A stretch of 64,000 bases of DNA. Source: Takakia lepidozioides. Its lineage: Eukaryota > Plantae > Bryophyta. This document shows positions 25,901 through 36,962 of this stretch, in pieces (the stretch's first letter is position 1; each line of letters begins with the position of its first letter). The position numbers and the translations under genes were made by a program. The stretch lies in contig CM060731.1 in the NCBI GenBank assembly GCA_030704615.1, positions 90,892,001-90,956,000 on the forward strand, in the 5' to 3' direction. The notes beneath the pieces were generated by a model. The model saw nothing but the letters and a program-made list of their open reading frames with translations. It searched no databases and was not told the origin of the DNA.

Positions 25901-28064
25901 GGTATTGTTGACGAGTCTGAGAAAGATCTGCACGCCTTGGCAGAAGAGAAGAGAAAGGAAAGACGTGTCCCTGCTGGGCCAAAGTCGGCAAAGGAATCTG
26001 CTGCTCTGGAAGAATCCAGAAAGGCAGCTGAGATGGCACAAAAGACGGTGGATGCAGCTGTGCAGGCCCAACAGAAGGGGTCGAAGAAGAGGACTCGCCA
26101 GCAAGGAGCAGCTGTTGTGACACCCGCCAAAACGAAGAAGCAGAAACAGCCTTCAGGAAGAGGGTGAGGAAGAGGACTCCGATGGAGACTTTGCAACCAG
26201 CCCACCCCCCCAAAACGCAGGCTGCCTCCCCTGTGCCCACCGTTGTCACGAGGCACGAGAACTGGCTCGGCAAAGAAGGCACTCTTCAACCCCCCAGGGG
26301 GGCACCCTTTCGAGCCGGTGGAAATGAAGAGGCCGAAAGTGGCTCCCGAAACAGTAGTCCAGTGTGTAAATGAGAGTTTCTTGGCGGCTTTGGATGGACG
26401 GGCAGCCAAGTTGGCATACATGAAGACCATGGAGGGTCTGAAGGGCAGAGCACTGAAGAAGGCGACTGCCGAAGAGCCTTCCGACACCCCAGGATTTCAG
26501 AATATGGTCTCGTTCTTTGAGAGGGTGTGTGCAGACAAGGATTGTAGGAGGGGCGGAAATGCCACCGAGTGGTCTTGCGATATGATCATCTTGGATATTC
26601 CGGACGGAGAGCCTGTGGAAGGACTGCAAGCTTTGCCATCTTGGAACAGGTACTCGGAGGACTTTGGAAGAAAGGATTCGGGCTTGCCCGCATGGTGTTG
26701 GACGACAGAGGCTGTGTGGTTGTCCTGGCGAGCAGAGGAAAAAAACTCAGACAGGAATTGCGAAGTGGACCCGCAAGAGCGCCGTCCCGATTCTGAAAAA
26801 GAAGTGGACGTGCATCAACACACTGGGCCTTCGGTCGGAAGGGAAGAAGGTGATTACGACACTGGCACTCGTCCATTCATTTGCTTGGGTGTTTTCAAAT
26901 GCGGTGCCGCATTCGGTTTCTAATCGTTCCCCCCTGTGTATGCAGACGAAGCAGTTCGATGCATACTGCTTTGTGAAGGAGAACTCCACCTTTGCTTTCC
27001 GGAAGGAGGAGGGAGGAAAGGTTGACCCGAACTGCGACCCCCTCGATTACGACGTTCTGTTCAACAACGTTCCCAAGGAACTTCTCCCTCATAGCCTCAC
27101 TTCAACGGAACCCCTGCGGTACTCACGGACTCGGAGCCCCTGCCTTCATTCAGACAATTATGGAGACATGCACAGACGTGGAGGGCACAGTGCTCGACCT
27201 CATCTGTGGGACAGGTATGCAGAATCTTGATCTATGCTGTTCTGCAAATTCTCGTTAGGATGTAGTTCGCAACATCTGAAGCGCCATGTGGTAATGTGTG
27301 GATGGCATTGTAACAGGTGCCTCAATGTGGGCTGGGCGGTTTTCCGACCGGCACCTCTTTGCCTACGAGGAGGATTCATCCGTGTGGGGATCCCATCTGG
27401 AAGGGCTGCAACGGAATGTTAAGGCTCCCGACAGAGCGGAAGTCTCCTCGGATTCGTCGGAGTCCGAGGAAGACACAGTGGACATTGATGCGGAGGAGAA
27501 CCCGGAATACGAGTGAGTGCAAACATTGTAAGTTTGCAAAGCCTTCTGGGTCATTTTGTCAAACGAATTTCCCGACTGTGGTTCTCATTAGTCTCGTTGA
27601 TGATTGTCATGTGCAGGATTGCAGGGTCCGGGTCGAAACATGTAGGGCCTACACTTCCTGCCAGGAAGAATGTCCCGTTCTTTGCGAGGGCCGACTTCAT
27701 GACGAGCCCGGTGAGGGACTACTCCCTTCCTAGTTATGCAGCTAAACTCGCAAATACAGCGATTAGAAGAAGTGAGAATCCCAGTAAAGTAGAGCAGATT
27801 TTGGAGAGGGCTAGGGAGGACAGAAGGATAAGGAAAGAGTTGGCAGCAGCAGCTCAGACAGGTAGACGGGTACGAAAGTACATATGTGATTCAGCGGATG
27901 AGAGCGACGCAGACAGGGAGGAAGACGACCCAACGGAGGTGAGATGGACAGTTCCGCAAGGGGAAGATGGGATTTTCGAAAGCCTGGCCAACGAGCAGTC
28001 CGCTGGAGATGAGAAAGGCACTGAGGGGGTGGTGGGCGGAGCAGGACAGTCTAGAACAGGATGA
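22972..28064 (+). pseudogene. Spliced ParB/Srx-like domain + beta-class amino (m6A/m4C) DNA methyltransferase fusion; at least four frameshifts
   Basis: FFVWDGNHRLLAW (ParB/Srx DGxHR, ~24241). MTase motifs in IV-VI-X-I order: CDMIILDIPDG (26576), LARMVLDDRGCVVV, SPAFIQTIMETCTDVEGTVLDLICGTG|ASMWAGRFSDRHLFAYEED (in frame across intron 27215-27316). Other introns at 24405-24517, 24708-24806, 25301-25373, 25592-25736. Confidence 0.8.
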
Positions 28065-28224
28065 GGATTCGGATGATTTTCAAGATTAATAGAATTTTAA
28101 TGAAGTCTCTGTAATGTAAATTCTCTTCCAGAGTATATAAAGGAAATTCTGCCCGACATTCGTGACCCCCTCTCAGTGTGCATTCCAGCCACACAATCGC
28201 CCAAACCACGACGCTCCCAAAATC

Positions 28225-28885
28225 AGAAATGGGGCACCGCATTTCCAAAATTTTGGCAACTCTAAAAACCTCTTTTGGAAATGCGGCACCGCATTTCCAA
28301 AACAGGGGAGGGACTAAATTTTCCATTTCAATGTTGGCATAGTAAAAAGTAATCGGCCGATTGGAAATGCGGTGCCGCATTTCCAAAATTTCCTTTGTCC
28401 ACGCCAGTTTTGGCCTCTCCCGCTCATTGCATGGATGCCACACGCTTACAGAGGTCGAACAAGGAGGTCGAACCCGAGATGGCGGAATTGGAAATGCGGG
28501 TGCCGCATTTCCATATTGGGGATGGTCGTTGTTCGAACTGCAGGCCCATCAGCAAAAATTGGCACCGCATTCCATTGTAAAAAAAAGTCGATGACGGACA
28601 TGGAAATGCGGCGCCGCATTTCCAGAACGGACATCGCAATTTGTCCATTTGCAGACCCTCTCACGGAAATGCGGTAACGCATTCCATCGCGCTGGTCGGA
28701 AATGTCACACTTTTCGAAGTGTTGGACGGAAATGCGGCACCGCATTCCCTTGTCCAAAAAGAAGTTTCCATTGCCAAGCTGGAAATGCGTCGCCGCATTT
28801 GCAATGCCAACCTCGTTGTCTGTCCAATTTATAGACCCGTGTTGGTATGTACCTGGACGGAAATGATGCACCGCATTTTGTCCGG
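28225..28885. repeat. Second E1 array of the same palindrome (~10 copies)
   Basis: Copies at 28225, 28277, 28363, 28490, 28602, 28665, 28728, 28781, 28859; several spacings of 52-53 or 63 bp. Confidence 0.9.
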
Positions 28886-29188
28886 CGGAAATTTTCCCCA
28901 AATTGGCGGTGCCCCCGCACCCCCCATGGAAATTTCAATGTCCGACAAATAACTGGTATATTCTTGACACATGACTCTCATACCGGTTACTCTGGTAGAT
29001 TCATCCGGACAGACAAATTGTAGAAATGAGACATCAAATTGTAAACAGTGGACCAATTCCGACAGTTATTCAACAGAATGAAACACAATCATACAGAAGT
29101 GAGGTACGATGGGTTTATTGATCGGACACGATGTCTCACATTTACCAACTGCAGACAAAACTAAGCCCTTCCTCCTTCTACATGGGCT

Positions 29189-29890
29189 TCACCAAGTCGA
29201 CGGAACTTCGATACCCCTCAAAACAAGCTCATCACTGCTGCGGCACCTCGAGGTAAACTGCAATTCGGTCGTTCTGCTGCCCTTGCTGGAGCCGACGACA
29301 ATGTCATGTCCATCAATGATACCACCATCATACATTGACAAGGTCACTGTGGGCCTCATGTGCCCGTGCGATTCGTCTTCGCAACTCAGCCGAATGTCTC
29401 CATGCACTGGAAGAGCGGAGTGATCTGCACATATATAGTTTTCCCCAGTGCCGTCCTCCCTGGTCCACTGGCAGCAGTTCCAGCGCCAAAGCGAGGCCGT
29501 GCGTGATCTGTCCGGCATCCCTTTCCAGCTTGGTATATCGAGGTCAACAATTTTCAGGACCCACGGACCGCATTGACCCTCGCCCTCACCTCGCTCAAAG
29601 CGGTAATAGCCCTCCAGATACTCCATTGCGCGCAAAGACTCTTGCTTGATTCCAGCAGCGTCTGTGAAAACAGAGAGCCAGACAATGATGTCTCCTGATT
29701 TTGGTTTGAACATAGCATAATCGTGGCCATGATAAGGGCAGTCGGCTGGATTTCGGCGGCACGACATCCTTGAAAAAGAGTAGCGGAGTACGCTCAATGA
29801 CAGCAGCTCCCGGATGGAGGAGGAGCAGCGCGGTGGCTGGAAAAAGTTCAAGCTAACGCTGCAATTCCTCACAAACACTCCAGGGCACAT
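29189..29890 (-). CDS. Unknown-function protein A (paralog of 30110-30880); probable start at Met 29767
   Basis: Uninterrupted ORF; aligns end to end with protein B (DCP..G.DYAM...SGDI, FERG, PW.L.I.D.D.PS, RWNCC.WT, GDIR, DGG.I.G.DIVV, ELVLR..EVP). Confidence 0.75.
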   Translation of the reverse strand: MCPGVFVRNCSVSLNFFQPPRCSSSIRELLSLSVLRYSFSRMSCRRNPADCPYHGHDYAMFKPKSGDIIVWLSVFTDAAGIKQESLRAMEYLEGYYRFERGEGEGQCGPWVLKIVDLDIPSWKGMPDRSRTASLWRWNCCQWTREDGTGENYICADHSALPVHGDIRLSCEDESHGHMRPTVTLSMYDGGIIDGHDIVVGSSKGSRTTELQFTSRCRSSDELVLRGIEVPSTW

Positions 29891-30024
29891 TTAAATTTCC
29901 CCCCTACAGGATCCTGGACCGATGAAGATTGGCTGCTGCATGAATGTAGCCGTTTCAATTTCCTACCCTGCCATGCAAACTATGGGCAGTCACTGCCAGG
30001 TGGGCCGATAGCCACTGGACACAA

Positions 30025-30087
30025 CGAAGTCCATCCCCTCTTCGATGTAAATGCGGCGCCGAATTTCCATCCGGGGGATGGACTTCG
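30025..30087. promoter_or_regulatory. 63-bp hairpin in the shared upstream region of the divergent paralog pair, centred on an E1 palindrome
   Basis: Perfect 14-bp arms cgaagtccatcccc / ggggatggacttcg enclosing gatgtaaatgcggcgccgaatttccatc. Confidence 0.6.
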
Positions 30088-30109
30088 GTGGTAGATCTCA
30101 AACTATAAC

Positions 30110-30880
30110 TTGTTGATGAGAAAGATGTATGAGTTCATCCACCGCTGGCGTGATGAACATGTTCCACCTCCGTCGGTGGGTACGTGGGACCCAGATGCTC
30201 CATTATTGGAGGCCGGACTGCTCTTCCGCTTCGCATCATTTCCAAAATCTAAGGGCTTCGTAGCTGTCCGCAAGGTCATCGGCATCCAAGTCGTCCTCAG
30301 GTCCTCCTTTGCAAGGATGCCGTGCTTCCGGAACCGGGACGACTGCCCATTTGGAGGCATCGATTATGCAATGTATTCGGCCACATCGGGAGACATTGTT
30401 ATCTGGTACACAGATTACAGAGAAGATACTGGTTCGATTGTGGAAACATTGGTGGCTTTTGAGTATATCCTAGGCCACTACGCCTTCGAGCGGGGTGACG
30501 ATCTTGGTCTGAGGAGTCCGTGGCTCCTGCGCATCCTCGATTCCGATTTTCCCAGCTACGACGGTCACCCATGCAGAAGAAGGCGCACTGCTATGCTGTT
30601 GCGGTGGAACTGCTGCCACTGGACGTGGGTGGACTCCATCGGAGAGACCTATTCTCCTGAAGGAGTGCGCTCCTCTTCTCCATTGTATGGGGACATTCGC
30701 ATTGGTGTGGACGACGAAAACGTGAAGATTTCCATATTCGATGGTGGTATGATTGAAGGGCAGGACATTGTGGTGAACATCACTAGGGGCGGTACAACGG
30801 CTACAATCGACTTTACCTGGAGGAGCCCCATGACTCATGAGCTAGTTCTGAGAGCAGTCGAAGTCCCATTGACAACGTGA
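30110..30880 (+). CDS. Unknown-function protein B (paralog of 29189-29890); probable start at Met 30317 or 30116
   Basis: Uninterrupted ORF; roughly 45% identical to protein A by hand alignment over ~187 aa, with in-frame indels only. Confidence 0.75.
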   Translation: MLMRKMYEFIHRWRDEHVPPPSVGTWDPDAPLLEAGLLFRFASFPKSKGFVAVRKVIGIQVVLRSSFARMPCFRNRDDCPFGGIDYAMYSATSGDIVIWYTDYREDTGSIVETLVAFEYILGHYAFERGDDLGLRSPWLLRILDSDFPSYDGHPCRRRRTAMLLRWNCCHWTWVDSIGETYSPEGVRSSSPLYGDIRIGVDDENVKISIFDGGMIEGQDIVVNITRGGTTATIDFTWRSPMTHELVLRAVEVPLTT

Positions 30881-31343
30881 CTTGTATTCAGTAGGCACAG
30901 GGCTAAAGATTTGATTGCACAATCAGCACAGTAGACGTGCTTCAAATGCAATTCATGTGGATCAATAAAAACCTCATTGTGCCCTCTTTTTATTCTATTC
31001 TGTGTCCATCGTTCCGAGAATGCGTCATTGCTCATTTCGTTTGGGATTGGGAGTGTGGGTGGATTTTGCAAGTGGCTGGTAGGCTGAAATGGGCCCCCAT
31101 TGTACAGAGCAGTACCACCCTACCATTCGCGAAACATTGCCTTTCAATATATAATTCTAAATAACATTGCCGAACCTCCTTCATCGGGAGGTCCTTCTCC
31201 CCCTATGACTGTGGCACCCTAAACCCTATTCCCGCGGACACTCATTTCCGGAAAATAGTGTTGCTCATGTTTTTTTCCACACTTACGACTCTGCTCATGG
31301 CTCATGCCGCTCATGGCTCATGGCTCATGAAATAGCAGCCCCC

Positions 31344-33790
31344 GGTAGGGCGCATATACGTTTTGTGAGCTGGACAATATTCTTATCAATTCTCTTGATA
31401 TCAGGGAGGGAGAAGGGTGCTTCATGGAAGGAGTATTGGATTTGGGTTTTGAGTACAGTTTGTATAATGGATAGTTTGGGTCTGATGGCAATCGGGGATT
31501 TGAGGAGGGCTAGGCTTTTGGTGATTAGTTTGGTTGTGGTAGAGGCTTTTGTACATGCCAAGTAAGGGAGGGAACTAGTTGGATGCCGAGATATGTGTAT
31601 GGTTCATTAGGTCCAAGAAATGGGAAGGATTTGTTTTGATAGTGGACATAAAGTTTACAGTGAGAGGCAATAGTGGATTTGGAAAGTTGGCTGTGGTACA
31701 GGGCCGCAGTGATGGCCCATTTGTGGAGGCTAAGTTCCATACTAGACCATATGTTGAAGCAGTGTAGTTTGGAGACTTGGCGGTTTAGGTGCTGTGGCTT
31801 GTGGGCTAGGATGGCAAGGTTGTCCGCGTAGGCTGCTGCAGAGATTTTGCTAGGGGAGGTTTTATAATGGTAGCCTAATTTCCCCCGGGCAAGCCATCGG
31901 AGAAGGGGTTCTAGGAAGATGATAAATAGGTATGGGCTGAGGGTGTCACCTTGAATGGTGCCCCATAGGATCGGGATGGGGGAAGTGGAGCTGTAGTAGG
32001 TCCCTGTGTATTCAGTGGTACTGTTCATGTAAATGTTTCCTATAAGCTGGATGGCATCTGTGGGGTATCCCAGGTCAAACATAATGGCAAGTAGTCGCCC
32101 GTGGTCCAAGGAGACAAAAGCATTCTTAAGGTCGATATAGAGGAGATAAATATCTTGTTTGGTCAGTTTGGCATCTTCGAGTGCTAAGATAACGTATTGT
32201 ATTTGTCTGGTGGTGCTTCATGTGGCCCTGAAGCCTTCTTGTGGGTCACTGAGTATGCGGTGTTGTTCCCCGTAGGCAGAGAGCATTGTGGTAAGCGTAC
32301 TGGTGAATAGTTTGTATATAGTGTTGGCTAAAGCAATGGGTCGGTAATTACTAAGGTCAGTAGGGTCACCTTTCTTGAATAGTAGTATGGTACGACTGTG
32401 TTTCCAGGATTGCAGGATGCGCTTTAGTTGATAGCAGAGCCTGAAAAATGTATAGATGAGGTGGTGGAGATGCGGGTCTACCGTTTGGAGGATAGCCTTT
32501 GGTATGAGGTCCGGGCCTGGGGCTTTGGATTTAGAAAGGGCTTTGAGACATGACTCATAGAGATCAATGGTGAAATAGTCTAGGATGTAGTCGGCAGGGG
32601 AGCCTCGCTTGTCTAATGCGAAGCCATCTATGTCATGCCATGGGTAGTGTTTGATTTGGCATACGCAATCAGTGGGGTGTATGTGTGGATGTAGGCAGTT
32701 TGGAACTGTAGGTGTATAGGTTACCCATATTTCTTTGTTGATGGCAGCCGGGTCAGTTATTAAGTAGCCCGTTTGGTGTCGTAGGCAGTCAATGGGTGGG
32801 TTGAGTGATGGGTTAAATATACCTTTATGGGCTTTTTTGGGGTGGTCAAGTAGTAATTGGTTGAAGGAAGACACGAAATTTTTATGGTTATCAACGGCTT
32901 TTTGTTTAGTGATGGTGTATGCGGCTTTCTTAGCCTCCCTGCCTACTTTGGATAGGGCCGCACACCAGTGAGGTATAGTAGAGTTATCATCAGGTGGGGG
33001 TACAAGTGCTTGACAGGATGGGAGGGTGTTTAGACAGGTAATACGTGAGTCGGTCCTCCAGTTGTTGTCGAGGTGTGTTGTGGGTGACTGGGGTATGATG
33101 GTAAGGGCACGTCGGATCGTGTGGTAGGTATTGATGTGTTGAGTCCAAGCGCGTTTTTGTGTACGCGTTAGGTAGCCGCCATTTTATGTGGAGCGGGTGG
33201 TTTGTGGGACATCCGGGGGGGCGCAGCATGTAGCTAAAACACATTTAGTCATTTCCGTCAAAATGGTAGTAAGTTTAAGTTCAGCTTGATGCCATGTATT
33301 TTTGGGAGACAATGCATGGTGGGTGTTTGAGAGTATGTCAGATAGTTGGGATATGAGGGGGGCGGCTGACGGGTGGAAGAGGTGTTGGAATGCTTCTATA
33401 TTCCGCTGAGGCAGTGGGGATAGTATTCGGGTTTGGGGGGGTGGGGTATATGTGGATGGGATGGGACGGAAGGGGATAAGCGATGGGGGAAAGGTTACAG
33501 ATACCGGGTAGTGGTCAGAGTTGCAGAGGCTATTGATGTGTATGTGGCTTTTGAGGTATGGTGGTATTGCGCTTTGTGTTTTGAGGTAGAAGCCGTCTAG
33601 GGTGCTTAACGAGGAGTAGTTTAGGCCCCCTTGTCTAGAGTAGTGGTGGTCAGCGGGAATGTAATGAAATTGGTGGAGGTGGATGAATTTAGCCCATGCA
33701 TGGTCGGGTGTGGTAGGGGGTTTGTGGGTGCCGTTATGAGTGCGACCGAGCATTGCTATGTCCCTGTTAAAGTCTCCGACCATTATGAAG
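31344..33790 (-). mobile_element. Dualen-like LINE copy 1, middle segment: C-terminal APE + reverse transcriptase
   Basis: GDFN...LDGFYL...SDHYPV (APE); KAPGPD, NYRPIAL, GTIQGDTLSPYLF, YADN (YADD variant), YTYLG. Confidence 0.9.
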
Positions 33791-34394
33791 GGGGGTTACA
33801 AAGTGAGCGCATGAGCATGAGCAGAGGTTCTCGCTCCTCGCCCGAACCTACACCGAACTACCTCGAAGGTGGAGGTCGGCAACCAAAACTGCCGACTTCA
33901 TGCATCTTGGTAACAGTCCACGGAAATAGGAGGTGGAACACCTATGACCGTGGCCTGCAGGTGAGGTGTTGTACCCAAACATTTTTGCCTACACAAGAGT
34001 AGAAACAAATAAAGATTAGCGAAGACATACATGAAGAAAAAAACACAGACTATAACACCACATTCGTTATTGGGGGGTCCGTAGGGCAATGTTGGGTGTT
34101 ATGGTTGCCACCGACTATATCATCCCCACTCAAAGCTGGACCTGTATAAAAATGACAACTAACCCAGGTAGATGGGGGAGGTTGAAGGAAGCGGTGTATG
34201 CATTGCCTCTTTTTGGACTATACTTCTCCAGTGCCTTAATTTGTGACAGGCACAACAGTCTATTGAACTAAGGCTGGATAAGTTAGGCGAGAATCTATTA
34301 TTTACTCATGGTGTGTGAGGTTTAGTGATAGATTTAGTTGAATGGAGCAGAACATATTCTCAGGTTAGGTTGGGAGGGATGGTTATTATTGTGC

Positions 34395-36535
34395 TTATAA
34401 CTTCGTATGTCTGTTGTAAGGGCTTGACCATGTTTGTTCAACATAGGAGTGGTTTGTGTGCATAGTAGTAAAAAGTAAAAAGCTATTTGTTCTTGAAATG
34501 GACACAGATGTATCGTCACTCATCGAATCAGCCTCAGAAGCAGAGTCTTTGGAATATAAATTCCTCCCATACCATGCTGCAGCATCATCCGCTGCCCTCT
34601 CACGTAGCAGTCGGCAATTGATATACACATACACCAATTTGTCAGCCCTCGCGGGATTCAACCTGTTGCGAATCTTGTTGTGAACAAATGAGTAACTGCT
34701 CCAATTGCGTTCACAAGATGAGGCAGAGCACACTTGAACAAGAATACGCTTCGCAATGGGAGCCAATGTTCTTGCTCCAGCTCCAATCAGATCCCACCAT
34801 TCATGTGGCAACATATTGAGCTCTTTTGGATCCGGCATGTCCTCAAAATGGTTGCGGCGATCTGAGAAGCATTGGTACTCGGATATAGCTCTCTCTGCAT
34901 GGTTTGGCGGAGCCTTTCGCATGAACACTCGCACGAGGCCGGCCTTGGCATCAGCGGCGTCTCAGAGCATGGTATTGTCGAGCAAGAATAGATTGAGCAA
35001 AGCCCCCGCATAATGCAAGTCCGTTCGAACCATCGAACGACGGTCGTAAAATGCATCCTCAACACTGTCCGCAAGTTCAGGTTCCAAGGAAAAGGGAGGA
35101 TGCATCTAGGATTGGACGTGCTTATCAAGATTTTGCATTAGTAACCATGCCTTGCCCATTACTGGTTGCTTTCCATCAAACTCCCGCAAGACGATTAACA
35201 CCGGCTCAACCATATAAACAAAGTTTTCACATTTCCTCCAGAAATCATCGCTGCGAATGTTATTTCGAACTTTTTGACTTTTGCCCAATGATTTGGCTTT
35301 TCTGGAGTCCCGCAATGTCCGTGTGTACGCATCCCATTGAGGATCGATGATGGTGTGCTCCAGACTGCTCTTCACAATCACCAACCGATCTATCATCAAG
35401 AAGTTAGTGACAAAACGAGTTTCGCCTAGATTGCGGAGGCTGTATTTGGGTTCGTGCCTCCTATATATTGCCAAAGGGATGTGGTGTGTGCGGATGAACA
35501 ACACAACAGTCTTCGCTCGCTTGACAAGTTGTTTCATCCACTATTCTTTTCCCCAATCTTCCAAAAGGAGGTCAAGGATATGAGCAGCACAACCTTGATA
35601 GTACATATGGGAATAACGTGCCAACAACGTGTCTGCAGTGTTTCTCATGTTAGCGGCATTATCTGTGCATATTTGCACGATTCTCCGACCTGTTCGATGA
35701 AGTCCGAAAATAGTTGGCATTGATAACATTCATCTTTCTTCTCGCCGCTAGTGTCGACCGATCCCAAGAATTGTTCTCCAGCTGGACAAACGAGCATGAC
35801 ATTGAACAACGGTCTATTTGTAACAAAACTCCAACCATCGGCACATATAGTGCTTCCATATTTTCTGATGCACTCGCCCGTCCTATCGTTGACCTTTTGG
35901 GTAAGCTCGGTCATGGCGTCTTCTAGCAATCCTGTGCGGAGATTGTGATAAGCCGGAGGTACATACGTGGATCTAGACTCCGAGGTTGCTCTAACGGCAG
36001 AAACAAATGCTGGAAGCCTTGCCACATTAAATGGTATGTTGGCCTCGAAGAAAAACTGCGCCCATTTTTTATCCAACTGTCTTTTCGCAGACAAGTTAAG
36101 ACCTTCTTGCATGGATTGCTGCCGTAATCCTCTACTCCGTTGAAGTGTAGGGGTACAAAGAGGTGTTGAAGCAGGTGTTGCTCCGGCACAACCCACTTGT
36201 CCAAGGACACCCGAAGCCTCACAAGAGTCGCCCTGGGTACTAATCGGGGCATCCTGACGGGAAGATGGAGTGTTCTGCTCAGAGGTCATATCCAGATCCA
36301 AAGACATTGGAATATTGCCTCCACACTGGGCAAAATGGATTTTTACCCGCATAGATGCTTTGGGGCATAAATCCACCCCATCGTTCTTCACACCTTTATA
36401 GCCGAGGTGAGCGAGCAACCGATCCTTACGATAAAAAAGTTTTAATCCACATAGGTTGCACTCAACACTACTAGTGGCACTGACAGTGTTCGGGATTGCC
36501 GTATACCAAGGGCTCAATTCCTCCCTCATCTTCAC
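34395..36535 (-). pseudogene. hAT-superfamily transposase (BED-like finger, DUF659-like core, dimerisation domain), frameshifted
   Basis: CNLC...RLLAHL; FFEANIPFN; CADGWS; ICTDNAANM; CAAHILDLLLED; ETRF; SASSCERNWS; KIRNRL...KLVYV. Confidence 0.9.
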
Positions 36536-36962
36536 CCAATATCCACTCCCCTGGGACCTAGCGATGCAAGCAACAAAAAACAGTCACCTATAAATGAACG
36601 TGTTGTGAATGTAGAGTGCAATGTGATAGCCCAACACTTCTACACCTATCAGCAACCCAAATGGGTCGATGTGGGTTGTAGTGTTGAGCTTATACACAAT
36701 CTGTTGAAGTGGCTTTGGTGGAAGCCACAACGGCAAAAGGTGCGCACCCTCCTCTTGGGCTACACTCTCGTTCAATGGAAAAGAACATCTAAAGCAACCT
36801 CAAGTGTTTGCGCCAAAAGAAGTGAGGAGCTTGGTGACCCTCCTCCCTTATATATGATCCAAGAGGGATGAAAGTGAAATGAAAGTGAAATGAATAAATG
36901 ACGAACCAATAGCGCCTACCCGAAAAAAGCTGTACTACCATATTTGTTCTAATTTTGAAATT

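Larger units (their letters stand above)
16336..31343. mobile_element. E1: 15.0-kb Mutator-like DNA transposon with cargo genes
   Basis: TSD GGTAGGGC(G) at 16328-16335(6) and 31344-31351(2). Ends gaggtttactatttcatgagc and gctcatgaaatagcagccccc share a 13-bp perfect inverted core, with CATGAGC repeats inside both. Removing E1 restores the LINE frame (...KRICALP|TSTPNAL...). Confidence 0.9.

Noticed and set aside
22972-28064. Bacterial or phage contamination explaining the ParB-MTase
   Set aside because: The gene has multiple spliceosomal-type introns and lies inside a TSD-bounded element nested in a LINE.
34395-36535. hAT transposase as the mobilising enzyme of E2
   Set aside because: E2 termini match the E1/E3 Mutator-like ends and the best TSD is 9 bp, so the hAT looks like a passenger. 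An 8-bp reading of the TSD cannot be fully excluded.
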